Assembly (NCBI GenBank): GCA_964016885.1
Contig: OZ024743.1
Location: forward strand, 2,232,001-2,296,000
From: Eledone cirrhosa
Lineage: Eukaryota
Length of the DNA stretch: 64,000 bases
Direction of reading: 5' to 3'
The notes under the pieces: model-generated
Seen by the model: only the letters and a program-made list of their open reading frames with translations
What the model was told of the DNA's origin: nothing
The model's database searches: none
In this document: piece after piece, positions 12,081 to 25,045 of the stretch
How the letters are laid out: each line of letters starts with the position of its first letter
Position numbering within the stretch: the stretch's first letter is position 1
Translations under genes and position numbers: made by a program

Positions 12081-12848
12081 TCTATAATATTTAACTCCGT
12101 TCCCGCACCACCAACACGATTCAACATCAAAGATGGTTGAGTTGCGTAACGTCGAGTGCTTTCATGATTAACATTGCAGAATGACCAATTCTACCAAATG
12201 GTGAACGACCAAACTTAAATGAATATATTGAGTTTTTCGAGTATTAATAATAATATTCGATTCGTTTGCAATTATGCAAACAGCCTCTTAAGTCATGTCA
12301 GTAGAATGACACCATCATTTTTGCTCTTGTATTGACATGTAAATATATACACATCAAACAACGGTGCGTAGTATAAACGAGAAATCATGTAAACCACCAG
12401 TCGTTATATTTCTTGAAGCAAGTAGGTAAGAATAAAAATATAAACATGAACATTTTTTTTTAAAAAGGGAAAAGAAAAAACAACCACCCTCTCCCATGCA
12501 CGTCAATACGTGTGAAAAAATTTGGTTGCCAAACAAGACACGTCTTTCTAGCTATTGTTTCTAATAGAGTCCCACATCACCTTGGCACCTAAGATTCAAC
12601 ACGCTACTTTATACCCACGTGTGTCGAGTTGAAAAACAGAGCTTCTTCTAGTATACATGTTCTTTAAATAAAAGGATTACATAAACGTCTCATAAATGTG
12701 ACCCGTGTTTTTCTCACATGTAATATAGATCCAGTGTAAACATTATAAAAAATAAGAGTGGGCGGTGGGAATTGGGGAGAGGGGGGTAAGAACCTGGTCT
12801 AGTTAGAAAATATCTCCCGCAGCGAATATTACGAGTGTGTTGGTTTAC

Positions 12849-13200
12849 CTCAAAAATTATATAAGGAAAACTCTAGCGCCCTTTGTTGTGAAATGTGAAT
12901 GAGTGTGCGTCTTCTATTTGAGGGGGGGGGGGCTTTTTTTTTTACATTAATTATGTTTATTTGTATGCATTCTATTGAAATGAATTTTTTTAAATAGGTT
13001 GAGGATAAGTACTTCAATAAAAAAAAATTCAAATAGCATCAAATTACGTGGTTAGTTGTTTTGGAGAGCGACATAATGTAGCAGTTGCGTGTTGAGGTAG
13101 GAGACTGACAGAGATAGAGAGAGGGAGAGAAAGAGAGAGCTGACATGGACAATCACGTGTAATGAACACGTGATTCGGTAAAGAAAAAGAATATATATTA
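12849..13200 (-). promoter_or_regulatory. Candidate IP6K promoter / non-coding first exon with paired E-boxes
   Basis: Repeat-poor and relatively CpG-retaining. Minus-strand donor gag|gtaaac at 12849/12848. AATCACGTGT-N5-ACACGTGATT at 13151-13175. The IP6K coding exon has an acceptor, so an upstream exon is required. Confidence 0.4.
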
Positions 13201-13637
13201 AATCGAGCAATTAAAAAATTGACAAGCTAAGTTATTTTCTCGTTTCATAAATCTATTGTTAGTAATTTTACGTTATATTTCAAATACCATTAAAAAATAA
13301 AATATACAAAAACATATCTATTACAGACACGCGTTCGTGATATAACTAATGGTTTATAATAGTCACAAGGCCGTGTATTTGTGTGACTGTGAAGAAATTC
13401 AGTACTTGACTGGTACTTTTATTGACCTAGAAAAAACTTGTTACGAAATATTTTCTCATCTTTTCACAAAGGTGAATAGAATAGAATTTAAATATATAAC
13501 TTATACAGACACAATGCACACACACATATATACACACGCGCGCGCATTTTGTTAGACAGGTTTTACAACTGAATGCCCTTCCTGACACAGGGATACAGTA
13601 CACCTATTCTAACCCGAATATACATATATATATATAT

Positions 13638-13929
13638 ATTGAAAACAACGCGGTTTCACATTAAGGTCTTTATTGATTATACAAAGTTTCGACTGTCTCA
13701 CAGACGGATGTCTCAGGATCTAAATGCTGTAGACCCGACTCCAACCCAATCGGCTTTTCAGGCTTAAGAGATGAGATTTTGGTTTTGCTTGATTAACAAG
13801 TCTGAAAAGCAGATTGGGCTGGAATCGGGTCTATAGCATTAATATAAATCCTAAGCTACCATCTGTGAAAACAGTTGTAACAATGAATAATCAATAAAGA
13901 CCTTAATGTGAAACCGCTTTGTTTTCAAT
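13638..13929. mobile_element. ~290-bp fold-back element (MITE-like or inverted Penelope-like terminal repeats)
   Basis: attgaaaacaacgcggtttcacattaaggtctttattgattat ... ataatcaataaagaccttaatgtgaaaccgctttgttttcaat; arms are complementary over ~130 bp. Confidence 0.8.
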
Positions 13930-14445
13930 CTATTCACTCTGCCTTAGCATAGAGTGCTAATTTTGGTACCCGCCTCTATAAACCCCGAATCTACTGAACC
14001 GCCTAAAGGCACAATTTGTCTACCTGTTTTGCTATGTCTCAATGTGTACTGGAATGAATGGTATCGACTTTAATTTACCGAAACCGTAGTGATTTCCATG
14101 TAATGTATGCTAGGTATGAAAAATTACATCTCGCAAATGTAATTAAAAATTAAATGAAGTTGATGGGGGGTTATTCGTTCGAAGCAGCTTATTCACACCT
14201 TTACTATGAAGATTTTCTAATCATGTGTAAATCATTATAAACAAAACGAAGAAAAGGAACTTAATCCGGTCGAGCGTCCACAGAACGGTTTCTGATTTGG
14301 GCCGCACAAGGTCAGTATTTTTGTGAAGAAGGTAAGTGGATTAAACCAACCTCAATACTTTACTGATATTTTATTTTATCAAACCGATTTGAACTCAGAA
14401 CGTAAAGAGTCGAGAGAAATAGGAAGTTATATTACACTATTACAC

Positions 14446-14491
<46 letters not shown>

Positions 14492-14690
14492 AAATTATAA
14501 AATCTAATTACTGACATTTCAGAATTCGGTTCATACGTTTGCGTCATAAATTGCCGAAAGTAATTAAGACAAAACAAGTTACCCCCCCCCCCCCCCCACA
14601 CACACATTTCTAATCGTCACGTGGCTACGCTGGATAGATTAACAATGACACAGTAATGCAAAATTATTGATTCAGCTTACTATTAATACT

Positions 14691-15432
14691 AGGGCGGTAG
14701 ATTGGCAGTATCGGTAGAGCGTCGGACAACATGCTTTGTGGCATAGAGTTTCGGCCCTATATGTTCTGAGTTCAATTCCCACCGAGGTTAACTTTGCCGT
14801 ACATCCTTACGGGGTCGATAGAGTACTTGTAATGTACTGAGGTTGATTTAATCGACTTTCCCCTCCCCTTCAAATTGCTGGCCTTGTGCCTAAAGTAGAA
14901 ACAATTATTATTATTAGGGCGGTGAATTAGCAGAATCGGTAGAACTTCGGGCACCCTGCTTCGCGACACAGAGTTACGGCCCTTTGCGTTCTGAGTTCAA
15001 ATACCGTTAAGGTTAACTTTGCCTTTCATCTTTATGGAGTCGATAAAATAAAGTGTCAGTAAACACTGGGGTTGATTTAATCGACTTTCCCCTCCCCCAA
15101 AATTGCGGCCTTCTTGTGTCTATATCAGATTACCTTTCATCCTTACGGGGTCGACAAAAATAAAGTACCAGTAATGCACTGGGTATTTGCTGGCCTTATG
15201 CCTAAAGTAGAAACAATTATTACTATTAAGGGCAATGGATTGGCAGTATCGGTAGAGAGTCGGACGCCATGCTTTGACGGATAGAGTTACGGCCTTTGCC
15301 ATTCTGAGTTCAAATCCCGCCGAGGTTAACTTTGCCTTTCATCCTTACGGGGTCGATCAAATAAAGTACCAGTAATGCACTTGGGGTAATTTGCTGGCCT
15401 TGTGCCAAAAAGTAGAAAATTATTATTACTAT
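14691..15432 (+). mobile_element. Head-to-tail stack of four tRNA-derived SINE copies
   Basis: A-box tggcagtatcgg, B-box gagttcaaatcc and (ATT)n tails; copies start at ~14691, 14916, 15130 (partial) and 15229. Confidence 0.9.
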
Positions 15433-15959
15433 TAATTGTTGTTTTGTTTATAAGAACTTTTGTACGACTCCTGTCTGGGTTAAAGTTAGTTAGGGTTAAG
15501 AAAACTTAAACAACCAGAAACCTCAAAAGACAGCAAGCTCGTCAGTGTTAAGAGGTGATACACTATGTTGTTTTAAGATTCATACGATAATCCAGAAGTT
15601 TCAGTCTACAAAATGTAAATATATGTATATGTTTGAGTGCATGTATTTATATCTATAATTGCTGTGCCTATATGGAGAGAAACTTGCACAAAATATGTGA
15701 AGTACCCAAGGGAATGATTTTTTGCAACTGATTTAGGGCAGTTAGGAATTTTGGCAATAGTGTTTGCTGGTGTATGTGGTGGTGATAAAAGCCAAAAATG
15801 CATCACACCCAGGAGATCTCTCCTACACATGCCAGCAGAGAAGTCAAAATAGAAACATGAATAATAATTTGAAAATATAGTTACCACAATACAGATAACT
15901 ATAATTATTGTTAAATAAATCAAGGAAAATACCCCTGGAGATGGGCCCATATGTATGAA

Positions 15960-16275
15960 CCATATGTATGGACCCATAATTTCTGATGGAAGCATAAGGG
16001 TGCTAGTGACATAGCAAGTCTTGACCATTTTAAACTTGGAGCAGTCCATCCTTCTCCACTGAAAATGGCCAATTTCATCCAGAGAGGGAGAAGGAGAACT
16101 GAGAATGAGATATGAAGGAAAACTCGACTCCAGTACTGGACAGGTACATTTTTTTTATCGACCTTGAAAGGATGAAACACTAAGTTGACCTTGGTAGGAT
16201 TTGAGTGCAAAAAAGACGGAGATAATACGGCAAAGCATTCTATCTAATGTTCTAACAGGTCTGCCAATTTACAGC
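15960..16275 (-). mobile_element. SINE variant: same head and core, different 3' tail
   Basis: The core is joined to a (CT)-rich segment and a distinct tail. Related copies at ~16520-16780, 32350-32592, 41230-41540 and 47280-47580. Confidence 0.65.
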
Positions 16276-17224
16276 CTTTGTACTGTATATATATAACTTC
16301 AACTGAAATTTTATGTAGTACCATAGCTTTTTGCCACCACCCAACTGGATTGCAGTTTTTCTTTTGATCTACAAGAACAATCTTCCAGCTTGTATTTTCC
16401 ACCAGGTACTTAATCTTACTCAAACATTATTTTCTCTTTATCTAGGTGTGTGTGTGTGTGGGGGGTAAAGCTTACCAAACGGTTCCTTATCTTATATCCC
16501 CCCTCTTCTGAATGCAGGTGAAGACCCTAAGGGATGCCATTATGATATTCAAACCTTGTGGAGCCCATCCCCTCTCCATGTCTGAAGACAGCCAATTTCT
16601 TCTAGAGAGAGCAGAAGTATTGAGTCCATTACTAGACTGGTTCTTTATTCATCGACCCTGATAGAATGAAAGGCAAAACTGACCTCAGTGGGATTTGAGA
16701 AAAGAATGTAAAAAGAAAGAAAAAATACTTCAAAGTATTATTTCTTCCAATGCTCAAGCAGTTCTACCAATTTGTCACATCCCTCTTCTGAATAAATAAT
16801 AGAAAATATATTACAATTATATTTCAATATATTACAAACTTCAAACTTAATACAACTGAGAAAAAAATAGAGAGAATGAAAAGAAAATTTAATATCTGTG
16901 GTCTACGCAAAGTTACTTATCAGATAACTAAACCTCATTATATAATTCCTTAAAACTTCTTAAAACCCATCCTCTCACGTTGGCATATAGATTGGTGCAG
17001 TGTGTACCGATACGTAGTTTTCCCAACCTTGTCCAATCACTCGTCATTTCTTCCATCAGATGTCGTATTAGCTATTCCAGGATTTCCGTAACTTTAGATA
17101 TGTTCTGAATACAAGCAATCACATTTGTTTAAACGCTTCTAACTGTTACTTCAACAAATACTTATCTCACAACCACAGTTCATACTGGTTAATCATCAAA
17201 CATCTACTTATAATAATGGGAAGG

Positions 17225-17370
17225 TATGTATGTCGTTTAGTAAAAGTGTTCGGCTCGTGATCATACAGTCATGAGTTGGATTTCTGGTGGTGCATTGTAT
17301 CCTTCAGCAAGATGCTTTATTTCACATTGCTCCAGTCCATACAGTTGGCAAAAATGAGTTTGACCTGAAG
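17225..17370 (+). mobile_element. Second tRNA-derived SINE family, decayed
   Basis: tRNA-like head then gtatccttcagcaagatgctttatttcacattgctccagtcca; related to 21960 and to 50590-50720 (-). Confidence 0.55.
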
Positions 17371-18247
17371 CTATAGTAAATGATACTTCCCAAGATACCA
17401 CGCAGTGGGATTAAACCTGGAGCTTAACAATAACTCCTTAACCATTTGGCAATGAAGCATCCATTGTACTCTAAAATATTGAACTGGATTTATAAAAAAA
17501 AATATTATCTCAAAGATCTGGTACAATTAGGTTGTCTTACTTTTCCTTGAGGAAAACTCAGGTTAAAATAGAAAGGTTTTTATTTCAAGTTTTATGGAAT
17601 AAAGAAACCACTTTAGTCATAAAATTCATCTGTTACTAACAACTTCTTGATTGTGATGTCTGCATACTAAAGAGATACACACGAAAAATGAAATATTTCC
17701 AACATATCACTCAAGACACTATTTAGTCATGTGATGGTCATATATTTGTCATATGACATGTCAAATTCAATACAAGCAGCTGTATTTGGTGAAGCATTTA
17801 CTGATTCAAATTTCCTCATTGTCATTCATGTTTTTTTGATTCATAGGATGGGTTGCTGTACATGATATTGAAGAGGAAATGCGTTGCTGAGACTAGTAGA
17901 AATTTATGTATCCTCTAGGGAGGAAATCAGCTCGGTTCATTGAGTTGTGCCTTTTGTAGTGCGCCTTGTTTTTTTTTTTTTGTTTTTTTTTTTTATGTCA
18001 AATGAAGATGGAAAAGCAATGATACATGAAGATCATGATAGTGTGAAAAGGAGTGGGAAATGAATACACTTCTTAAATCTGCTTCACCACTTCCAAATGA
18101 TAGAGATTCAGGCTCAATTTTACCTCTCAAATTTGGAAAATAAATGTCCTACTTTAGATAATTCTTTCTAACATTGGCTCAAGGCCAGTAATTTGGGGGA
18201 AGGGGAAGATCGATTATATCAACCCCCAGTACTCAATTGATACTTTA

Positions 18248-18311
18248 ATACACACACACACCCACACACATATATATATATACATATATACACACACATA
18301 TATATATATAC

Positions 18312-18360
<49 letters not shown>

Positions 18361-18525
18361 CACACACATATAGATACACATATATATATATACACACACA
18401 CACACACATACACATATATATACACACACACACTGACATACATATATATACACACACACACATTATATATATATATATATATATATATATCTATATATAT
18501 ATATATATATATATGGATGTGGGTG

Positions 18526-18562
<37 letters not shown>
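18248..18562. repeat. Compound (CA)/(TA)/(GA) microsatellite
   Basis: Direct. Similar tracts at 5505, 5645, 6805, 7168, 14451, 19655, 27941 and 47930. Confidence 0.95.
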
Positions 18563-18563
<1 letters not shown>

Positions 18564-19652
18564 TTCGGAACCTTTTCAAAGACTGACATTCTTACTGGGT
18601 AGTTTCTATTTAAATCATCCATTTGAGGAGAATTATATCATAAAGGTTAGCTTATCAGATATTTAAGAGCAAAGCATAGGTGCTGCACCCTAGATATTTA
18701 TAGTAAACATTCCGGTTTTTAGTATGTCAGCTTCAAATGTCACAGCTAAATGAAACTGAAACTGAATGATAAAGAAAATTATTAAACATGATAAGATGAT
18801 GAATTGGCCGTCATTAGAACACCGGACAGAATGCATTATGGTATTCATTTTGGTTTTCTGTGCTCCGTGTTCAAATCTGGCTGAGATCTACTTTGCCCGT
18901 CATCATAAAAGAAGAACTGGGGTTAATTCTTTCTCTATATCTCTCATTTTTCTCTCCCTTTCTCTGTGCTCTGACTTCAAATCCCGCCCAGCTCAACCTT
19001 GCCTATCTGCCTTTCAGGCTCAATAAATAAAGTGCCATTTAAAGTACTGGGGTTAGTTGGTCATCCCATCTCTGTCTCTCCCTCTGGAAGTAATTGCCTA
19101 TGTTCCGGCCTGGAGAGGATGTGCTCTACCAGGTTTGTGCCCGACACACCATGTGTGAGGAGGGCACGCCTAGGACTTTACCAGGAACTAAGTGCTCTCT
19201 CATCTCATTATACATAACAAAAGCAAATGGTATGACACAAAAAATTTATACATATCAAATCACGAGTTTATATATTTTCGCACATTCTGAGTAGTAACCA
19301 GTCAGGAGTTCATATTTCTGCCCACATTTACATATATTACATTTCCATACATGATTGAGCACATTTATTGCCAATCATCATCATCATCAATTTACATACA
19401 CTTTCCAAACCGACCTGGGTTAGCTGGGTTGTCACATTCCAAATCAACCTCATCTTGCTCATTAATGTTCCATATTTGGCAAGGTTTCTACAGCTGAACG
19501 CCCTTCCTAATGCCAACCACCTTGCAGAGTATACTGAGGGCATTTTATTATGGCATCAATACTAACCACTTTACAGATTGTAGTGGATACATTTAATCGT
19601 GGTGCCAAAAATAACAATTTACAAAGAGTAGTGGGTGTAATTTATCATAGCA

Positions 19653-19699
<47 letters not shown>

Positions 19700-19914
19700 T
19701 TATTTATATATATCTGACATGTATATTTAGGTTGAATTTATCATTTGACCAACATTCTAACAGTAAATACCCTGTCTTTATCGCAGGAATACACCAATTA
19801 ACTATACTAACATGTTTGAACACTGGAGTTTCTATTTTAAAAACAGTAGGGAGTTTGTTGAAGAAAAATTAGCTGCTACAATAAATAAACAAGGCAACTA
19901 ACTACACAGAAGCC

Positions 19915-20360
19915 CAGTGATTATTTTAATGAGTAATTGACCGCTGCTTGTGTAGCTGACCCCTGCTTGTATAGTTGACCCTGGCTTATTTAGCTCTAAA
20001 TCAAATTCTGTGCAATTCAAAATCTAATTTTGTGTAGTTCTAAATCTAATTAGGTTTAGTTTGTAGTTTTCAACTAGCAATAAACATGCCACAGATATAC
20101 CTCACTGACCATGATATCATCTCATTTTGTGCAGTTCTAAATCCAATTTTGTCTTGTTCTAAATCTAATTTTGTGCATTAAGTTTACATTTTATGTCAAA
20201 TAGTACATGCGCTTATATGGTAAATGATGGTTAAAAGATTTAAAACACTCATAAATATTTTGAAATAGTTACAAATGCTTCTCAGATTCAGAGAATATCA
20301 AATATTAGGTCATGGGCAATTGTTCCAAAGATTCGTGCAGTTCTAAAATGACCCTAAAAT
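19915..20360 (-). mobile_element. Unclassified repeat with internal tagttctaaatctaa subrepeats; inverted relative of 23945-25175
   Basis: 20160-20360 is the diverged reverse complement of 23950-24170. Confidence 0.7.
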
Positions 20361-21397
20361 AAAACCTGCAGAAGCTCGTAAGCAATATCAGGTAAATATT
20401 TGGATACCTCATGTATTTATTTGTCGAATGGAAAATCTTTATGCTTTTAATACCAATACAAAACTGTTTTAAGATGCATATATTTGTCTAACAAACCTGC
20501 CATCATAATTTTAGGTAAGAAGTTATATTCCAAACACCGGGTAGATAAGAAAGTTGGTTATATTACTAAATCTCTCCAAATTCCTTGCTTATTTTCAAAA
20601 TGATTTTGAAAATCATAAGCAGCATTAACAAAAAGGTTAAAACATGATGACAAAAGATATCTATTTTTAAAACCATAAGCAGTATATTTCATTTGAAATA
20701 TGGTAACAAAAGGGTTAAACTTTGTTGAGAAAAGGTAACTATTTTGTGTTGAGATTACAGGTATGTGATACATACGTGGCCTACCTTATAACTACAGTAT
20801 TTTTTGTTAGGATGACTAAGGTATGTAATACATATGTAGCCTACCTGATAACTACTGCACAATGTCAGTGGAAAGGTTTAAACTCATCAACCAGAAAGCA
20901 GTAAACTATGAAGGTGACAACAAATGGCACTGCTTGAGATATACTTCTATACAAGGTATGCTTTTAATCATATAGTCTGTTTTAAAATAGAATGAAAATA
21001 AAGGATTTAATCTGTCAGAGGATGGAATTATCTGATATAACTTTCTTCTTCACTAATAATGTAATCATAATTTCTATGGTTGCTTTTTCAGCAATCTTAG
21101 CTGATTTGATCCACAAAAAGCACTGCTTTGTGACATGTTTCCTGTAGACCCTTGGTCAGAGAACTCTATAATAACGTTTCATTTTCAAAGTACATTGTAG
21201 GAAGTTATATAAGTGCTTCAATAAATGTGATGCAAATCATATAACACATTTTTTTCTATAAATATCGAAAATCATAATTATTTTCTACAAATATTGTAAA
21301 TCATAATTATTCTCATAACAGACTTCAGACATCTTTTGGATGGATGGATACACACATACATGATGTTAAACGTATATATATATATACACACACACAC

Positions 21398-21765
21398 ATG
21401 TTGCAAAAGCTATTGCAGAGGCCCAACATAAAATGGAGTGAATCATGCTCGGCATCACCGTACATGACAGGAAGAGCAACACCTGGATTTGAAAGCAGAT
21501 TGAAATGAAGGTAAGAATTGAGACATCAAGAAGGGCAAACATAGATGGACTGGCCATGTCTCTCATTTCAGAGATATGTGGACTATTAGAGTGACAGAGT
21601 TGACACCAAGGCAGTGGAGAAGAACCAGAGGGAAGCCAAAGGCTTGATGGTGCGACAATCTGACCCAATACTTCAGCCCCACATGGCCCAATATTGCCAG
21701 AGATAGGAAATGGTGCAGGTCAACTAGAGAGGGGTTCCTCCAACAGGACTAAGAAGGCCCTGGGT
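21398..21765 (+). mobile_element. Decayed RTE LINE 3' fragment
   Basis: AQHKME.IMLGITVHDRKSNTWI...WTGHVS...WTIRVTE.TPRQWRRTRG with stops. Confidence 0.75.
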
Positions 21766-21959
21766 TTTTGAATACATATATATAATTAATAATATCATTT
21801 TATCATTATTTCTTTTTCATTATATATTCTCATATAACAAAACTTACAATATATAAGTGAGTACATAGGTACTACTGAAGGTTACAGTTAACAATTTTGA
21901 TTGAGAACTATACATATGTAATACTTGAGTTTACTGTTATCAATTTTGATGAAGTACAG

Positions 21960-22230
21960 GCTGAGGCATGTAACCTAGTGGTAAGGGTGTTGGACATACA
22001 GTCAAAATGCTGTGGGTTCGATTCCTGAGCTTGGTTGCAAGCTGTGTTCTTGAACAAAACATTTCATTTCACATTTCAGCTGAAAATGAGTAGCAGCAAT
22101 AGCTGGGGTTTGACCCTGTGATGGACTGGCATCCTGTCCAGGGGAAGTCTTGTACTCTCAGTCACTTCACGGCACGAAACTGGGATAAGCAACAGCCTAA
22201 CGAACCTTCCAGCTTGAGACAGACTTTGGA
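21960..22230 (+). mobile_element. tRNA-derived SINE with intact B-box
   Basis: cctagtggtaagg...gggttcgattcc, then a ccctgtgatggactggcatcctgtccagggg domain. Confidence 0.75.
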
Positions 22231-22239
22231 CTTTATATA

Positions 22240-22510
22240 GGTATCACTGAAGTTTACAGCTACTAATTTTGATTGAGTACCAGGTACAACAAGAGTTTAC
22301 AGCTACCAATTTTAATCCAGTACTCTATATGGGTACTACAAGGGTTTGCAGATACCAATTATGGTCCAGTACTCTCTATGGGTACTACAAGTGTTTGAAG
22401 CTACCAATTATGATCTAGTACTCTATATGGGTACTACAAGAGTTTGCAGCTCCCAATTTTGATCCAGTACTCCATATGGGGACTACTAGTTTGCAGCTAT
22501 CAATTTTAAA
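22240..22510. repeat. ~49-bp tandem repeat, ~5 units
   Basis: gggtactacaagagtttgcagctaccaattttgatccagtactctatat at 22331, 22380, 22429 and onward. Confidence 0.85.
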
Positions 22511-24171
22511 ATGAAAACATATTCAAAACAACAGGCTTCAGTTACAACGTTTATACAACTTTGTTGACCTATTTTTTTTTTAATTTCGTTGCGTTATATT
22601 TTATTTTACTGTTATAATGATAAACATATTGCTATAATTTCTCCACATCAGCATTTTCACTGCTTTTGTTGATGTAAGAAAGAGAGCATGTGTGTGAGAG
22701 AAAGTTATTTAGAAGGACAGCTAGTACGAGTACGCGTGTACGTACGAGTTCATGTGTGTATGTATATGCATTTATATGCATACACACAATAATTAGCTGT
22801 TTGGTAATTTAAATGATCACACACCAATAGTAACTGGCACCTCTTTCAACAGATTTATATAGAAAAGGAAACAAACTATGTTTATACATGGATGTATGTG
22901 CGTATACACTCTTGCACGGACTTTGACGTAAATATATCTAATATAGTATGAACAATTATGTAATAAGACAACAATAGCAGTGTTCCCTCCCAGTTTTCAT
23001 GACAAAGCTAGCAAGTGTTCGTTTAATCCTTTTGTTATCAACCCACTTGAAAATGCTCTGGTTTTATTATACAAAACTATTCGTTTTAATATATTAAAAC
23101 ATTCCATTATAATCATGATTGAGAATTGTTTAAGTAATGTTCCAAACATCGGTTTATTAATTAAAACGTTTGTATCTTTCTACATAATCACTCAATTTGC
23201 TAGAAATAGCAGCCAAACAAATCTCCTTCAAATCCTACACAACGTCACTATCTTACATAAATAGGAAGGGCCCATTTGATAATGCTGTCCCTAGATATAT
23301 TTTGTCTGGAAAACGAAGCAAATTAAATAAACGAGATTGATGGTCAGGACTTGATAATGAATGATCTTTGATCTTAGGTTTGGTCGATCAGAGTTACACA
23401 TCAAAATAACCACAGAAATAATGATAAAATATAAAACAGTGATAATTAGATATGTAATTACTACCAATTAATTACGACTTAATTGTAGAATAATTTATTA
23501 TTAACGTCAATTATTAGCGTTGATAAAAAATAAAAAAAACTATTTACTGTTTATTTGTAGAAATAATTGTAGTTGGAATGTTTACATAGCCGACCCGACA
23601 GAGATATGATGAAGTTGTAAACAACATATGTATTACAGGGAGCCATCACGTGAATAAGCACACATACACACACACATTTGACAGAATGTGTGTAGAAATA
23701 TCCCTCTACACAACAAACACTGAACGTTAGTTACCAAATGCTATCAACGAACTTTAGCGTGCTCAATTTACCTGCAAGAAATAGCAGCCAATATCCCTTA
23801 AATAAAACGCTGTAGGGTTATTACATTCAACAATATAATCCTAGATACAAATTTCTGAACTCAATACTTGATGGTCAACGATTCGAAAGTCATTTGTTTA
23901 TAAACGAGTTCAATCAGAAATGACAAAAAGGGTAGAAAATACCAGGGGGTTATTTTAAGGAAATTTTAGAACTGCACAAATCCTAGAGGTAGGTGCCACA
24001 ACCTAATGTTTAATATTCTTTGAGTCTGAAAAGCATTTTTAATGTAATGGGGGTATCTAAAAAGTATTTTATGGGTGTTTTAAGTCTTTTAACCACCATT
24101 TACCTTATAAGCGCTTGTAGTATTTGGCATAAAATGTAAACTTACTGCACTAAATTAGATTTAGAACTACA

Positions 24172-25045
24172 CTAGCAGAATGGCCCGGTGTTATTCGGGA
24201 TTATAAACATAGATTGGCATGTTTACCCCTCCTTTCTGAAACAGTACAGAGAAGTACGGAATACCTCGGCCTGGGGATGGTGTCTATATTTTGTGCTTAT
24301 AAAAAAAATTCGTCGTAGATTACCAGGGGTTTAACTTAATTGGGTGTTTGAGAGTAAAATGTTCAACCCACGAAAGCCAAGACGATAGGGTTAAGTAAAA
24401 AGGCATTCGACAAACCGAACATGTATTTGTTGTGCTATGGTACAATGAAAGCAATAGTTACAGAGCAGTAAGCATGTGGGACTGCAGTGGTGGAGAGCAT
24501 GAAGGAATTTAGGTGGATACTTATAAGGTTACAGGCCCTTACGAAACCAAAATGCTAAACAATGAGGTCCCCGGGCAAAAATTTGAAATCTTTTTCAGTC
24601 AAGAAAATTTGTGAAACATAAGTAATGCATATGCAAAGTTTAAAAAAAAAATCGGTTGGGTACTTCTCGAGTTATAGGCCCTAGCGCAACCAAAATGCTT
24701 TAAAAAATCGATTTTTCGCCTAATGCGGTCCCTGGGGCAAAAAATGAGAACATTGTTTTTGCTCAAAACACGTTAAACGACATAAGTAATGCAAATTTTG
24801 AAGAAATCGTCTGGATTATTGTTCCGTTATGTCTAAAAAAAAAAAGCCTTTAAAGCCTAAAATATGCGGTTTTTCGCCTAATGCGGTCCCAAGGGCATTG
24901 AAAATTTGAAATATCTTTTGCTCAAAACACTCACACGACCATAAGTATTACATGTGTAAAGTTAAAATTTGAAAAAAATCGGTTGGGTGGTTCTCGAATT
25001 TTAGGGGGACAGACAGACAGATATTTTCTGTTTTAGATATATAGA
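24172..25045 (-). mobile_element. Non-autonomous Helitron (Lep1-like architecture)
   Basis: Minus strand reads A|TCTATATATC...(CTGT)n...CCCGAATAACACCGGG hairpin...CTAG|T, with no TSD. Removal restores ttagaactacataag, a motif also seen at ~25087. Confidence 0.85.

Noticed and set aside
21960-22035. tRNA gene
   Set aside because: A/B boxes are present but there is no closed cloverleaf, and it continues into a SINE body.
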